A stretch of 64,000 bases of DNA, from NCBI GenBank assembly GCA_964548165.1, contig CAZJQD010000009.1:7985-71984 (forward strand), written 5' to 3'. Both the position numbers and the translations under genes were made by a program. Positions 27,942 to 38,284 of the stretch are shown here, in pieces. How positions within the stretch are numbered: position 1 is the first letter of the stretch; each line of letters opens with the position of its first letter. Source of the stretch: an uncultured bacterium (GTDB lineage: Bacteria; UBA8481). The notes beneath the pieces were generated by a model. That model did not search any database, was not told the DNA's origin, and saw only the letters and a list, made by a program, of their open reading frames with translations.

Positions 27942-28298
27942 GTGGAGATCCCGCGGCGGCTGAGGCGGGTTCGCAAGGTCATCGAGGAGACGCTCGAGGC
28001 CCTGCCGGCGCCCTTAAAGGAGGCGCTGGATCGGAGCGGCGCCGTCGTCGTCCTGATGGATGAGCCGCCGGAGGATGTGGAGCCGGACACGTTCGGCACC
28101 TTCTCGGGCGCGACTTTCTACGAGAGCGAGTCGCCCTTTGCGATGCCGACGGATCCGCCTGTCATCGAGCTCTATCTCTCCTCGTTCGCCGATCTTGCCG
28201 GCGAGCCCGCTCTCCTCGACGAGGAGGTGCGCCTGACCGTTCTCCACGAGATCGGTCACTTCTTGGGGTTCTCGGAGGAACAGCTCGAAGACGTCTGA
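27942..28298 (+). CDS. small zincin-like metallopeptidase-family protein (DUF1025-like, HExxH)
   Basis: The motif 'VLHEIGHFLGFSEEQLEDV' is present. It has a GTG start. Confidence 0.55.
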   Translation: MEIPRRLRRVRKVIEETLEALPAPLKEALDRSGAVVVLMDEPPEDVEPDTFGTFSGATFYESESPFAMPTDPPVIELYLSSFADLAGEPALLDEEVRLTVLHEIGHFLGFSEEQLEDV

Positions 28299-28327
28299 AG
28301 GTGCCCGTGTGCGGCCCTTCGTCCCGC

Positions 28328-30370
28328 TTAGGGATGGCGTCGAGCGAGGGATTCGAGGGCGAGGAGCGCCAGGGGATCGAGGTCGACGCCAGGGGGGAAG
28401 GCGAAGTCGTCCCGCAGTTTCTGCAAGGCCGCGATGGTGCCGGCGCCGTACCAGCCGTTGGGGGTCGCGGCGAGGTATCCGGCCTTGGCGAGGAGTTCCT
28501 GGAGAGCCTTCACGTCGTCGCCCCTCTTGCGGGGACCCAGGGGGCGCGCCATCCAGGCGCGGACCGGCAGGAGGTAGGTGAGGGTCACGAAGGTGTCCCC
28601 CGATCGTGATGGGTTTCCCATCGCGGAGGAGTTCTCCACCGGGGATGGCGCGGGAAGGGCGAGCGGGACATCGTCCGACTCTCGCGTCGTGACCGTCCAG
28701 CCGCCGGGCTCCATGGAGGTCACGACCGCCGGCGTCGCGTTCATGAGGAGCGGGTGCCCGGGCATCAGGAGCGCGGGCATGGCGAGGCGCGTGGCCGTGG
28801 ACGGAGGAAGCTCCGCGTGGACGACCACGAGCTTGGCGGCACTGGCGGCCTCGGTCACCGTCATCGCCTCGAGGTTGTCCGGGACGGGATAGCCGAGCGC
28901 GGTCAAGAGGCGGGCCAGCGGCAGCGAACGGTCTCGGCGGGCGGCGCCGCTCTCGGCCACGGCCGCCACGTTCGGCGCGGGAACATCCGCGGAGGACGGG
29001 GGTTCAGGGAGCGTGGTCGAGGGAGAACCCGTGTCGCCCGCTCGTTGCCCTGATGCGCTTGGGACCGCGGCGCCGCGCTGGCGGACCCAGAGGAAGGAGC
29101 TGATCGTCACACCGGCGGCCACGAGAGCCACGATGCCCGTCAACGCCACCAGCCGGCGAGCCCGGCTCCTCGGCGTTCGCATAACGGCAGGGGCCGGCCG
29201 GGGCTCGTCGATCACGACGGCGGATGGAAGAACTTCGCTGGCGGGAGAATCCGCTCGGGCAGGCGGCGCGGCGGAGGGGCTGGCGGGCGATTCTTCCCTC
29301 CAGGTTGGAGTTGCCGCGGCGGGCGCGGCCTGCGCCTCGGGGAGGGCATGCTCTCGCGTGGTCCCGGGTGGAGTCGTCGCGGGCGTTTCCGCGCCCGGGG
29401 TGCGGGCGTTGGCGATTTCCGCCGCCTGGGGCGAGGACGGGGATACCGCTCGACGCGGTCTCGCGCGAACGCGCTGCGCCGCGGCCACGCCGGGATGGTC
29501 CAGCGCGGAGAACTGCGCGACGGCCTCCTCGACCAGCGCGGGCGCGACGACGAAGACGCCGTCGAGCGCGGCGAGACGGAGCGCCTCATCGGCGATCGCG
29601 TGGATGACGCGGGCGCGACCGCGGGCATAGGCGTGGATGGCGGTCACGGCCTCGTCGCTGAACCGGGGGAGGGTGTCGAGCAAGGCCCCGGGGCGGCGCG
29701 CCTCCCGGATACGAAACGCAACGTACGACCGCGATTCCTCCTCGGAGAGCGTCCCGAGGTGGGCGGCGCCGGCGACGCGACTGCGCAGGGCGCCCTGCTC
29801 GGGGGCCGCCAGGAGCCGAGCCAGCTCGGGCTGGCCGAAGAGCACGACGGTGACGAGCTTGCGTCCTTCGTCCTCGAGGTTCAAGAGGAGCCTGAGTTCC
29901 TCGAGCACGGCCGCGCCCAGGTGCTGGGCCTCGTCGATGAAGAGGGCGAGCGCGGGTTCGGCCTGGGAGGACCCCTTGCGCGCGTTTCTCGCGCGGAGCA
30001 CGGCTTCGAGCTGTTGCGTCTCGGCGTCGGCGGCCAGGCCGACCTGGCGGCGGACGAGGCCGGGCAGTTCCTCGGCCTTCAGCCACCCGTGGCGGATGAC
30101 GAGCGCCTTGGGGAACTCGCGGGCCACGGCGTTGAGGAGCGTGGTCTTACCCGTTCCGATCTCGCCGGTGATGACGATGAGCCCGCGGGCGTCGGCGAGG
30201 CCGCGCGCGACGACGTCGAGGGCGTGATCAAACGCGGGGTGCGGCCAGATGCAGGAGGCGTCGGCGGTGACGGGGAAGGGAGAGGTTCGGAGTTCGAAGA
30301 AATCCGCGGGTGAATCCGCGCTCAAGAGGGGACCCACGCGGTTTGCCGACCTGGGCCGGTGCGTTCCCAC
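28328..30370 (-). CDS. GspA/ExeA-like AAA ATPase with C-terminal peptidoglycan-binding domain
   Basis: The match is 'ITGEIGTGKTTLLNAV...LALFIDEAQHL...VLFGQPEL', followed by a Pro/Ala-rich linker with a TM and the PG_binding_1 domain 'DDVKALQELLAKAGYL...GTIAALQKLRDDF'. No gspB or other T2SS genes lie nearby. Confidence 0.7.
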   Translation of the reverse strand: MGTHRPRSANRVGPLLSADSPADFFELRTSPFPVTADASCIWPHPAFDHALDVVARGLADARGLIVITGEIGTGKTTLLNAVAREFPKALVIRHGWLKAEELPGLVRRQVGLAADAETQQLEAVLRARNARKGSSQAEPALALFIDEAQHLGAAVLEELRLLLNLEDEGRKLVTVVLFGQPELARLLAAPEQGALRSRVAGAAHLGTLSEEESRSYVAFRIREARRPGALLDTLPRFSDEAVTAIHAYARGRARVIHAIADEALRLAALDGVFVVAPALVEEAVAQFSALDHPGVAAAQRVRARPRRAVSPSSPQAAEIANARTPGAETPATTPPGTTREHALPEAQAAPAAATPTWREESPASPSAAPPARADSPASEVLPSAVVIDEPRPAPAVMRTPRSRARRLVALTGIVALVAAGVTISSFLWVRQRGAAVPSASGQRAGDTGSPSTTLPEPPSSADVPAPNVAAVAESGAARRDRSLPLARLLTALGYPVPDNLEAMTVTEAASAAKLVVVHAELPPSTATRLAMPALLMPGHPLLMNATPAVVTSMEPGGWTVTTRESDDVPLALPAPSPVENSSAMGNPSRSGDTFVTLTYLLPVRAWMARPLGPRKRGDDVKALQELLAKAGYLAATPNGWYGAGTIAALQKLRDDFAFPPGVDLDPLALLALESLARRHP

Positions 30371-30371
30371 G

Positions 30372-30410
30372 AGGAAACCACGGAGACACGGAGACGCGGA
30401 GAAAGAATCG
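30372..30410. repeat. CACGGAG-family 9-mer array (single arm)
   Basis: I read 'gaggaaaccacggagacacggagacgcggagaaag' between the gspA-like start and the cysK stop. Confidence 0.4.
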
Positions 30411-30487
30411 GCTTGGAAGGAAGAACCCGGATTTCCGGGGTTGGAGATCCCGCTGAATCCGCGTTCAGATCAACCAAGACCGGGGTC

Positions 30488-31426
30488 TCACTCGTAGAGA
30501 GCGGTCTCGAGGTAGGACTCGCCGCGGCCATTGAGGACGCAGACGATGTCCTGGTCGGCGTCAAAGCGCGTGGCGATCCGGATCGTGGCGGCGACGACGG
30601 CGCCGGCCGCGGGGCCGACAAGGAGGCCCTCGGTGCGCGCCAGGTCGCGGGCGGCGGCGTAGGCGTCCGCGGTCGAGACCGCGATGATCTCGTCGTAGAT
30701 GCCCTGGTTGAGGACCTCGGGCACGAACCCGACGCCGATGCCGTGCAGGGGATGGCTCTTGGCCTTGGAGCCGGCGGAGAGCGCGTTGGCCTCCTCGGGC
30801 TGGACGGCGAAGACCTTGATGCCGGGGTTGGCGGCCTTCAGGGTCTCGGCGACCCCGGAGAGCGTGGCGCCGGAGCCCACGCCGATGACGCAGGCGTCGA
30901 TATCCTTGCCAAGCACCTTGATGATCTCGGCGCCGGTGCCGCGCTTGTGCGCGTCCGCGGGATTACCGGTCTTGCCATAGATGTTGATGGGAACGCGCGT
31001 CCCCGGCTTCTCGTTGACGAGCTCTTCCGCGCGGGCGATGGCCCCGCGCAACTGCTCGTTCTGCGCCGTCTGGACGATCTCCGCACCGAGCGCCTTGAGG
31101 TGCCTCAGGAAACTCTGGGGTGTTCCTTCCGGAACGACCGCCGTGACGCGGTAGCCGCCGTGCGCGCCGGCGATGGCGGCGGCGACGCCGGCGACACCGT
31201 CGGTCGGAACGACGAGCTCGGACTCACCCTTGCGGAGATAGCCCTGCTCCTCCGCGTGGCGGATCAGGTGCAGGACCGTGCGATCGCTGGAGGAACCGCC
31301 GGGAAGGGAGGTCTCGAGCTTGGCGAAGATGTTCGGGCCGGGGCTCGGGGCGAGGCGATTAAGGCGAAGCACCGGGGAGTGGTCGGCGAGGTCGAGGATC
31401 GAATCGATCAGGGCGGTTTGAATCAT
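30488..31426 (-). CDS. cysK: cysteine synthase (PLP-dependent, CysK/CysM family)
   Basis: The match includes '[10 protein letters not shown]' and '[11 protein letters not shown]'. The start is the internal ATG (MIQTALID) with a GGAG Shine-Dalgarno. The 21 upstream codons of the listed ORF are rejected. Confidence 0.8.
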   Translation of the reverse strand: MIQTALIDSILDLADHSPVLRLNRLAPSPGPNIFAKLETSLPGGSSSDRTVLHLIRHAEEQGYLRKGESELVVPTDGVAGVAAAIAGAHGGYRVTAVVPEGTPQSFLRHLKALGAEIVQTAQNEQLRGAIARAEELVNEKPGTRVPINIYGKTGNPADAHKRGTGAEIIKVLGKDIDACVIGVGSGATLSGVAETLKAANPGIKVFAVQPEEANALSAGSKAKSHPLHGIGVGFVPEVLNQGIYDEIIAVSTADAYAAARDLARTEGLLVGPAAGAVVAATIRIATRFDADQDIVCVLNGRGESYLETALYE

Positions 31427-31540
31427 GATGGTCAGTCTCCTTGCCCCTCTGGGGGCACATGTGTTCTCTTCAGGGGGAACGCGCAACAATCCAGGACGGG
31501 CCGCACGGCCCGCTTCACCCGAGCCTTCGGAAGCGCTTCG

Positions 31541-32365
31541 TCAGAAGTCCTTCTCGGGCGTTGAGGCGTTGGCGTAGAGCCGCTTGGGAATCCGTCCCGC
31601 GAGGTAGGCTTCCCGGCCCGCTACGATGGCCGCCGCCATGGCGCGCGCCATCCGGACCGGGTCATCCGCACCGGCGATCCCGGTGTTCAGGAGCACTCCC
31701 TCGACGCCGAGCTCCATGGCCCGGACGACGTCGGAGGCGGTCCCGACACCGGCGTCCACTATAACCGGACTCTCCACTTCTTCAAGGATAATCCGGATCT
31801 GGTTGGGGTTGAGGATGCCCTGCCCGGAGCCGATGGGGGCGGCCAGCGGCATGACGGCAGCCACGCCCATCTTGTCGAGCTTTCGGGCGACGATGGGATC
31901 GTCGTTCGTGTAGGCCCAGATCTCGAATCCCTCGTCGACGAGGACCTCGACGGCCTTGAGGGTCTCGGTGACGTCCGGCAGGAGCGTCTTCTGGTCGCCG
32001 AGCACCTCGAGCTTTACGCGGTTGCCGATCTCGAGCTCGCGCGCGAGCCGGGCGACGCGGATCGCCTCGTCGGCGGTGTAGCATCCGGCCGTGTTCGGGA
32101 GGAGGACGAAATGCTTCGGGATGAAATCGAGGAGCGTCTTCTGGTCGGGGCGGCCGAGGTCGAGGCGGCGCAGGGCGACGGTGACGACGTTGGACCCCGA
32201 CGCGCCCAGGGCCTCCTGCATCAGTTCCATCGTCTTGTACTTGCCCGTGCCGACGACGAGGCGCGAGGTCAGCTCGAGCTTGCCGATCGTCAGCGTGCCG
32301 GTGGAGCGACGGCGCTCGGAGACGGACGGGTTCACTCGGAAATATCCGCGAGGGCGGCGTCCCAT
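31541..32365 (-). CDS. thiG: thiazole synthase ThiG
   Basis: The match includes '[19 protein letters not shown]', '[13 protein letters not shown]' and '[13 protein letters not shown]'. The start is uncertain. The only in-frame ATG overlaps the upstream REC-STAS gene by about 34 nt. Confidence 0.75.
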   Translation of the reverse strand: MGRRPRGYFRVNPSVSERRRSTGTLTIGKLELTSRLVVGTGKYKTMELMQEALGASGSNVVTVALRRLDLGRPDQKTLLDFIPKHFVLLPNTAGCYTADEAIRVARLARELEIGNRVKLEVLGDQKTLLPDVTETLKAVEVLVDEGFEIWAYTNDDPIVARKLDKMGVAAVMPLAAPIGSGQGILNPNQIRIILEEVESPVIVDAGVGTASDVVRAMELGVEGVLLNTGIAGADDPVRMARAMAAAIVAGREAYLAGRIPKRLYANASTPEKDF

Positions 32366-33084
32366 CCCTGCAGGAGGACGAAGTGCTTGAGGAAGCCGGA
32401 CTCCGCGAGCGTGCGGCGGTGGTCGTCGCCGTTGGTCACGAGCTTGATTTCGCCGCCCGCTTTCCGGACCTGCTGCTGGGCCTTGGCGAGCTTGCCGAAC
32501 GAGAGCGCCTGGATGGCCCCGGTCCTCGTGAGGTCGAGGAGAATGAGCCTGGCGCCGGTCTCGGCCAGCCTCACGAGCTCGCTGGTCAGGGGCTCGTCGT
32601 CCACGGGGTAGGTGGCGCCGACCCTCGCGACGGCGGCCGATGGCCACGTGGAGGCGGGGATCGGTGCCGGAGCCAGCGCCTCGCCGGGAAGGCCGCCCGA
32701 GGCCTCGATCAGCTTGAAGACCTTCTGCATGAGGAGCTCGAGGTTGAAGGGCTTGACGATGTAGTCGCGGGCGCCGAGCTTGAGGGCGCGGAGGATGTCG
32801 TCCTCGGTGCCCTTGGCGCTGACGATGAGCACGGGGATCGCGGCCGTCTTGGGGGTGCTCTTGAGTTTTTCCAGGACCTGGTAGCCGTCGATGCCGGGCA
32901 TCATGATATCGAGGAGGATGAGCTGGGGGATGTGGTTGGTCGCCAACGAGAGCGCGGCGAGCCCGTCGGGCGCGGCCAGGATCTCGAAGCCTCGACGCTT
33001 GAGGTTGAACTCGAGGATGTTCCGGACGTTGGTCTGATCGTCGACGACCAGGACCACGTGCTTCTTGCTTCCGCTACCGCTCAT
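32332..33084 (-). CDS. response regulator: REC domain fused to a STAS (anti-sigma-antagonist-like) domain
   Basis: The REC domain is '[17 protein letters not shown]...[17 protein letters not shown]...IVKPF'. The STAS domain is '[37 protein letters not shown]'. An ATGA overlap joins it to the kinase stop. Confidence 0.75.
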   Translation of the reverse strand: MSGSGSKKHVVLVVDDQTNVRNILEFNLKRRGFEILAAPDGLAALSLATNHIPQLILLDIMMPGIDGYQVLEKLKSTPKTAAIPVLIVSAKGTEDDILRALKLGARDYIVKPFNLELLMQKVFKLIEASGGLPGEALAPAPIPASTWPSAAVARVGATYPVDDEPLTSELVRLAETGARLILLDLTRTGAIQALSFGKLAKAQQQVRKAGGEIKLVTNGDDHRRTLAESGFLKHFVLLQGWDAALADISE

Positions 33085-35072
33085 TTCTCCGCTCCCTGCC
33101 TGGGCAGCATCACCGTGAAGGTCGAGCCGGCTCCGACGCGCGACTGGACCTGGATGACGCCTCCATGCTGCTCGACGATGGCCCGGGCGATGGAGAGCCC
33201 GAGGCCTGTACCGGATCCTCCGGGCCGCGAGCCGGCGAGGCGATCGGTCTCTTCGGCGGCGAGCGTGGCCCGCGTCTGCGGAACCGTGAAGAACTCGCTG
33301 AAGATGGCGTCGAGCGCGTCGACCGGGATCCCGATACCGGTGTCTGAGATGCGAATATAGACGAAGTCCGATTCGCCCGCCACCGCGATGCAGACCTCCC
33401 CGGTCCGCGTGTAGCGGATGGCGTTTCCGGCGATATTGAGGATGACCTGGTAGATGCCGTCGGCGTCCCCGGCGCAGATGACGGGAGCGGCCGGGAGGTC
33501 CAGGCGCAGGGCCAGTCCCTTGCGCTCGGCGACGGGCTGGAGCGCGTCGGCGGCGGCCCGGGCCACTTCCAGGACGTCGACGGGATCCCGGGCCAGGGGC
33601 CGGTCGCGGGCGTGAAGGCGGGAGAGGTCCAGGAGCTGGTTGATGAGCCGCGTCAGCCGCTCGGCTTCCTCGCGCACCACGCCGAGGAACTGCCCGGCGG
33701 TGGCGGCGTCGAGCGTGCCGAGCTCGTTGATGAGCGTGTCGACGTAGCAGGCGATGGAGGTCAGGGGCGTCCGGAACTCGTGGCTGACGATCGAGACGAA
33801 GCGCGTCTTCATCTCGTTGGCCGCCTTGAGCTCGCGGATGGTCCGCGCGAGTTCCTCGTTGAGGTACTGCACCGCTACGTTATGGGCGCGGAGGTCGTTG
33901 AACATGCGGACGTTGCGAAGCGGGACCGCGGCGAGATCCGCGAGCGCGAGGAAGAGTTCCTTGCCGCGGCCGACGAAGGCGCCGCGTCGCGGCGAGCACG
34001 CGGCGAAGACGCCGTAGACGTCGCGGTCCGCCCGCGTGAGCGGACCCGAGAGCCGGACCGGGACGCAGATCCATCCCCCGTCGATGGCGTCGTGGACGGC
34101 GAGGTGGCCGCGGAGTCCCGCGCGCACGGGTTCCGCGAGGTGCGCCGGGTAATCGCGCTCTTCCTGGGCGGTGATGAGCCCGAACCAGGAGATGGGCAGG
34201 TAGGCCGGGAGAAGGTCGGCGAGGCGCTGCTCGATCTCCTGGGGCGAGAGGGCCTGCTGGAGCTCGCGGGCGACGCGGTTGCGGAAGGCGAGGTCCTGGA
34301 GGCTCTCGATGAGGTCGCGGTAGAGGAGGATATTGTCGAGCGTGAAGGCGGCGAGCGAGGCGAACGGCTGGAGATCCGGCAGCGGCGCGTCCTCGTCGCT
34401 GGGCTGGGGGATGGCGACGATGACGGCGTGGATGCGATCGCGGCCGCGGACGGGAACGAGCATGGGGACGTCGGGCAGGGTATCGACCTGGTCGCCGGCC
34501 AGCAGGTGGTGCGCGGCGGACCGGGCCTCGGCGTCGAGCGGGATGTGATCGAGCGAGGATTCGTCGATCGCGAGGTCGACCAGGGCGAAGGCGCCCGTTG
34601 CCCTGAGGGCCCGCTCGAGGTGCGCGCGCGTCTCCGCGGCCGTCGTGGCCCGGGCGAGATTGCTGCCGAGGGTCGCGAGCAGGGACAGGGTCGTGACGTT
34701 GCGGTTCAACCGGCGATTGGCGACTTCCGCGTCGATGACGCTCTGCGCGAGCTCGTCGGTGAGCTCGGTGGTCGCGGTCATGTCGGTCAGGAAGACCCCG
34801 CACTCGAGGTTCGGGAGGACCTCGACGGCGGCGCTGACCGTGCGCTCCCTGCCGTCCAGCCGGCACTTGATCTCGGGGACGCGCACCCCGCGGCGATGAT
34901 CCCCCGCGAGGCGGATGGCCTCCGCCAGCTCCGGCGCATCCTCGTTGAGGGACTGTCCCTCGCGGAACCCGAGCGCGGCGGCGGCGGGATTGGCGTAACG
35001 CACGCGCCCGTCGACCACCTTCAGGAAGGGGACCGGCAGCGCGTCGGCGCGCAGGGGTGCTGTCACGGGCAC
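33081..35072 (-). CDS. cytoplasmic sensor histidine kinase (PAS + GAF + GAF + HisKA + HATPase_c)
   Basis: The H-box is 'FVSIVSHEFRTPLTSI'. The N and G boxes are 'ILNIAGNAIRYT' and 'GTGLGLSIARAIV'. Start choice: the GTG at 35072, 2 nt downstream of the thiS stop. The listed ATG at 35126 would overlap thiS by 50 nt. Confidence 0.75.
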   Translation of the reverse strand: MPVTAPLRADALPVPFLKVVDGRVRYANPAAAALGFREGQSLNEDAPELAEAIRLAGDHRRGVRVPEIKCRLDGRERTVSAAVEVLPNLECGVFLTDMTATTELTDELAQSVIDAEVANRRLNRNVTTLSLLATLGSNLARATTAAETRAHLERALRATGAFALVDLAIDESSLDHIPLDAEARSAAHHLLAGDQVDTLPDVPMLVPVRGRDRIHAVIVAIPQPSDEDAPLPDLQPFASLAAFTLDNILLYRDLIESLQDLAFRNRVARELQQALSPQEIEQRLADLLPAYLPISWFGLITAQEERDYPAHLAEPVRAGLRGHLAVHDAIDGGWICVPVRLSGPLTRADRDVYGVFAACSPRRGAFVGRGKELFLALADLAAVPLRNVRMFNDLRAHNVAVQYLNEELARTIRELKAANEMKTRFVSIVSHEFRTPLTSIACYVDTLINELGTLDAATAGQFLGVVREEAERLTRLINQLLDLSRLHARDRPLARDPVDVLEVARAAADALQPVAERKGLALRLDLPAAPVICAGDADGIYQVILNIAGNAIRYTRTGEVCIAVAGESDFVYIRISDTGIGIPVDALDAIFSEFFTVPQTRATLAAEETDRLAGSRPGGSGTGLGLSIARAIVEQHGGVIQVQSRVGAGSTFTVMLPRQGAEK

Positions 35073-35076
35073 GAGC

Positions 35077-35289
35077 TCAACCGCCTCCGACGAAGTGGAG
35101 GATCTCGACCTGGTCGCCGTCGGCAAGCGGGGTGGCCGCCCAGGCGTCTCGCTTGACGAGCTCGCGGTTGCGCTCCACCGCCACGCGGCGGCCGGCGAGC
35201 CCGAGCGCGTCGACGAGCGACTGCACCGTGGAGCCGGCGTCCACGCGCCGCGTCTCCCCGTTGACCACCAGCTCCAGCGCGTCGCTCAC
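35077..35289 (-). CDS. thiS: sulfur-carrier protein ThiS
   Basis: The 70-aa protein '[25 protein letters not shown]...[16 protein letters not shown]' is ThiS and ends with Gly-Gly. Confidence 0.8.
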   Translation of the reverse strand: MSDALELVVNGETRRVDAGSTVQSLVDALGLAGRRVAVERNRELVKRDAWAATPLADGDQVEILHFVGGG

Positions 35290-35302
35290 GTCTCGCGGCC
35301 CG

Positions 35303-37018
35303 TCACAGCGTTCTCCGCGCGCGGCCCGGCACGTGGACGCCGCGGACGCGCAGGGGAACGCCGCGATGCATGGCCTCCCAGGGATCGGTCAGCCGGACAC
35401 CCATGATCTGGCGCTGGATATTCGCCTGGGCCACGCTGTCGGCGTTGCTGGGATCGCGCGCGATCTTGAGCGCGGCCCAGTACTGCTGGACCGCGGCCAT
35501 CGAGTCCCCGGCAAGCTCCAGGGCGACGCCGATGTTGTTGGCAAGCGCAGGATCGCGTTCCCGCGCATCGCCCAGGCCCTTGTAGAGGGCCATGGCGGTG
35601 TCGGGCTCGTTGGCCGCGAGATGGGCGTTGGCCAGAGCCCAGCGCGCGTCGGCGGTCGCCGCGATCGCCGGCGGCACGAGGGCATAGGACTGCAGGGCGC
35701 CGGAGGCGTCGCGGAGCAGGTACCGGCAGATGCCGATGTTGTAGTGCAGGAACGGGCCGTCGAATCCGTTGGCGACCGACTTGCGGAAGTGATCGAGCGC
35801 CTGGGGAATCATGTTGAGGTCGAAGAGCATGATGCAGCCCATGTTGTAGTTGGCCTTGGCGCTGTTGGGCTCCAGGTCCAGGGCCTTGTGGATGTCTTCC
35901 AGGGCTTCCCGGCCCTCGCCGTTGAAGTAGTGGATCTCGGAGCTCAGGATGTAGCCTGCGGCCGATTGCGGGGCGACCTCGATGGCCTGCTGCGCGAAGT
36001 CCCGTGCCCGCTCATACTCGACGTTCTCCACGGCCAGGTAGCCGAGCGAGACGAGGATGTTCGGGCTCGGCTGGCGCTGGCGCGAGAGGACGTCGAGGAG
36101 CACCTTCTCGGCCTCGGCCAGCCGGTTCTGCCTCACGAGCAGATCGGCGTAGCCGGTCAACGTCTCGATGTTCTCGTCGCCGGACGGCCGCGCGAGCATG
36201 AGGTAATCCTCCTGGTCGCGCGCGGCCTGGACGCGTCCCCAGCGCAGGTAGGTCTCCCGCAGGTACCACCGGGGCATCAGGGAATTCGGGTTGCGCTCGA
36301 TGGAGTTCACGAACGCTTCCGCCGCCTCTTCGAAGCGCCCGTGGGCGAGAAGGACGCGACCGTGCAGGATCAGGCCATCACGTTGCCGGGCGTCGAGGGC
36401 GAGGACAGCCTGTGCCCTGCGCTCGGCCTCCTCGAGCTTGCCGTTGGCCAGGTGGATGTTGCCCGCGCCGACGGCACCGGCCGCGATCAGCCCGAGGTCC
36501 TGCTCGTCGGCGGCCGCGGCGATGGCGCGATCGAAGAGGTTCATGGCGCCTTCCTGGTCGCCGATGTCCTGGAGCGCTCGGGCGAAGTTGATCAGGGTCT
36601 CGGCGGGACGCGCGCCGAGCGAGAGCGCGACCCGCATCTCTTCGAGCCCGCCGATCGCGTCCCCGGCATAGACGGCGTTCAACCCGCGGTTCAAAGCCAG
36701 GTTCGCCCGCGTCGCGTTCGACGCGCGGTTGACGCCCCAGATCGTGCCCGCGAGGATCGCCGGGATCAGGATCGCCATCGCCGCCCATTGCCAGGGGCGG
36801 ATGGCGTAGAACCCCTCGCGGCGGAACTTGCGGATCCGCCGGCCGATGGCCTTGTCCGCCAGGACGTCCGCCTTGAACTTCGCGACGGCCGCGCGAAATT
36901 TCTCCTCCTCCTGCTCCTTCCGCGCCGCTTCTTCCTCGGGACTGAGGGCCTGGAGGCCGGGGGCGTCGCTGTGCGCCTGCCGGAGCAGGGATTGGATGGA
37001 GTCGAGTTCTTCGGCCAT
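35303..37018 (-). CDS. TPR-repeat protein with one TM helix
   Basis: The TM is '[19 protein letters not shown]', followed by about 10 TPR-like repeats. The start ATG overlaps the rlmI stop (TGATG). Confidence 0.6.
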   Translation of the reverse strand: MAEELDSIQSLLRQAHSDAPGLQALSPEEEAARKEQEEEKFRAAVAKFKADVLADKAIGRRIRKFRREGFYAIRPWQWAAMAILIPAILAGTIWGVNRASNATRANLALNRGLNAVYAGDAIGGLEEMRVALSLGARPAETLINFARALQDIGDQEGAMNLFDRAIAAAADEQDLGLIAAGAVGAGNIHLANGKLEEAERRAQAVLALDARQRDGLILHGRVLLAHGRFEEAAEAFVNSIERNPNSLMPRWYLRETYLRWGRVQAARDQEDYLMLARPSGDENIETLTGYADLLVRQNRLAEAEKVLLDVLSRQRQPSPNILVSLGYLAVENVEYERARDFAQQAIEVAPQSAAGYILSSEIHYFNGEGREALEDIHKALDLEPNSAKANYNMGCIMLFDLNMIPQALDHFRKSVANGFDGPFLHYNIGICRYLLRDASGALQSYALVPPAIAATADARWALANAHLAANEPDTAMALYKGLGDARERDPALANNIGVALELAGDSMAAVQQYWAALKIARDPSNADSVAQANIQRQIMGVRLTDPWEAMHRGVPLRVRGVHVPGRARRTL

Positions 37019-38247
37019 CAGATCGCCCTCAGGACCGCGCATTTCAGGTAATCGGTCTCCGGAATTTCCAGGCGAACGGGGTGATCGGGCGCCGCGCCAC
37101 GCCACTCCACGAGCGTGACTTCGCGGCCGGAATCATGGATGGCGCCGGCCAGGGTGGCGGCGAATTCCTCGCGCGGGGTGTGGAAGCTGCAGGAGGAGGT
37201 GAAGAGGAGGCCTCCCGGCGCCAGGAGCCGGAGGGCGCGGAGGTTGATCTCGCGGTAGCCCCGCGCCGCCCCGGCGGCCCCGGAAGCCGACCGCGTGAAG
37301 GTGGGCGGGTCGAGCGAGATGAGGTCGAAGCGGCGGCGCTCCTCCTGGAAGCGGCGCAGGGTATCGAAGGCGTTCTCCTCGAGGATCTCCACGTCGGCGC
37401 CGTTCCGGGCCGCGTCCGCGCGGAGGCCCTCGCAGGCCTCGGGCGACGACTCGATGGCCGTGACCGCCGTGGCGCCCGCGCGCGCCGCGTAGATGCCGAA
37501 GAGGCCGTGGTAGGCGAAGGCGTCCAGGACGGTCAAGCCGGCGCCGGGCTTGCCGTCCGCGATCGAGCGCGCCGCCAGCTCGGCGAAGCGCCTGTGGTTG
37601 AAGCGCTGATCGAGAAAGGCGCCTGTCTTCTGTCCCCCGAGCGGACGGACCGCCGCGCGCACGCCGTCCAGCGCGATAATGATCTCGCCGGGATCAGCGC
37701 CCGCGATCACGGCGATTCGCGGCTCGAGTCCCTCGTGCTTGCGCGACGGCGCGTCCGAGCGCTCCACGAGCGTCGTGCCTGCGAATTCCTCGATGAGCAG
37801 GTCCGCGATGAGCTCGCGGCGCCGGTCCATGCCGAGGGTGAGCAGTTGCAGGACGAGCACGTCCCCGTAGCGGTCGACGATGAGCCCCGGCAGGCCGTCG
37901 GCCTCGGAGAAGATGAGCCGCTGGGTGTCGTCCGAAGCGTAGAAGCCCTGGCGTCGCGCGCGCGCCTCGCGGATGCGGCGGCGGATGAGATCAGGGCCGA
38001 GCGTGACGCCGGGACGGCGCGTGACAATGCGGACGGCGATCTGGGAGCGGGGGTTCCAGGCGCCGCGGCCGACGAAGCGACCGCGCGCATCCACGACATC
38101 GACCTCGTCTCCGGGGGCGGCCTCGGGAGCGCTGGCCAGCTCGGAGCCATACACCCACGGATGACCGGCCAGGCAACGGTGGCGCATCGAGGCTTTGAGG
38201 GGCGCGAGCGGCGATGGGGCAGCGGCGGCGGACATTGCTCGTGACAT
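37018..38247 (-). CDS. rlmI: 23S rRNA m5C methyltransferase RlmI-like (PUA-like N-domain + class I SAM MTase)
   Basis: The match includes 'VLDAFAYHGLFGIYAARAGA' and 'DLISLDPPTF'. The start is the internal ATG/GTG (MSRAMSAAA). The 78 upstream codons of the listed ORF are rejected. Confidence 0.7.
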   Translation of the reverse strand: MSRAMSAAAAPSPLAPLKASMRHRCLAGHPWVYGSELASAPEAAPGDEVDVVDARGRFVGRGAWNPRSQIAVRIVTRRPGVTLGPDLIRRRIREARARRQGFYASDDTQRLIFSEADGLPGLIVDRYGDVLVLQLLTLGMDRRRELIADLLIEEFAGTTLVERSDAPSRKHEGLEPRIAVIAGADPGEIIIALDGVRAAVRPLGGQKTGAFLDQRFNHRRFAELAARSIADGKPGAGLTVLDAFAYHGLFGIYAARAGATAVTAIESSPEACEGLRADAARNGADVEILEENAFDTLRRFQEERRRFDLISLDPPTFTRSASGAAGAARGYREINLRALRLLAPGGLLFTSSCSFHTPREEFAATLAGAIHDSGREVTLVEWRGAAPDHPVRLEIPETDYLKCAVLRAI

Positions 38248-38284
38248 CACGATACCATACCGGGCCCCGCCGAGGGTGCGGGAT

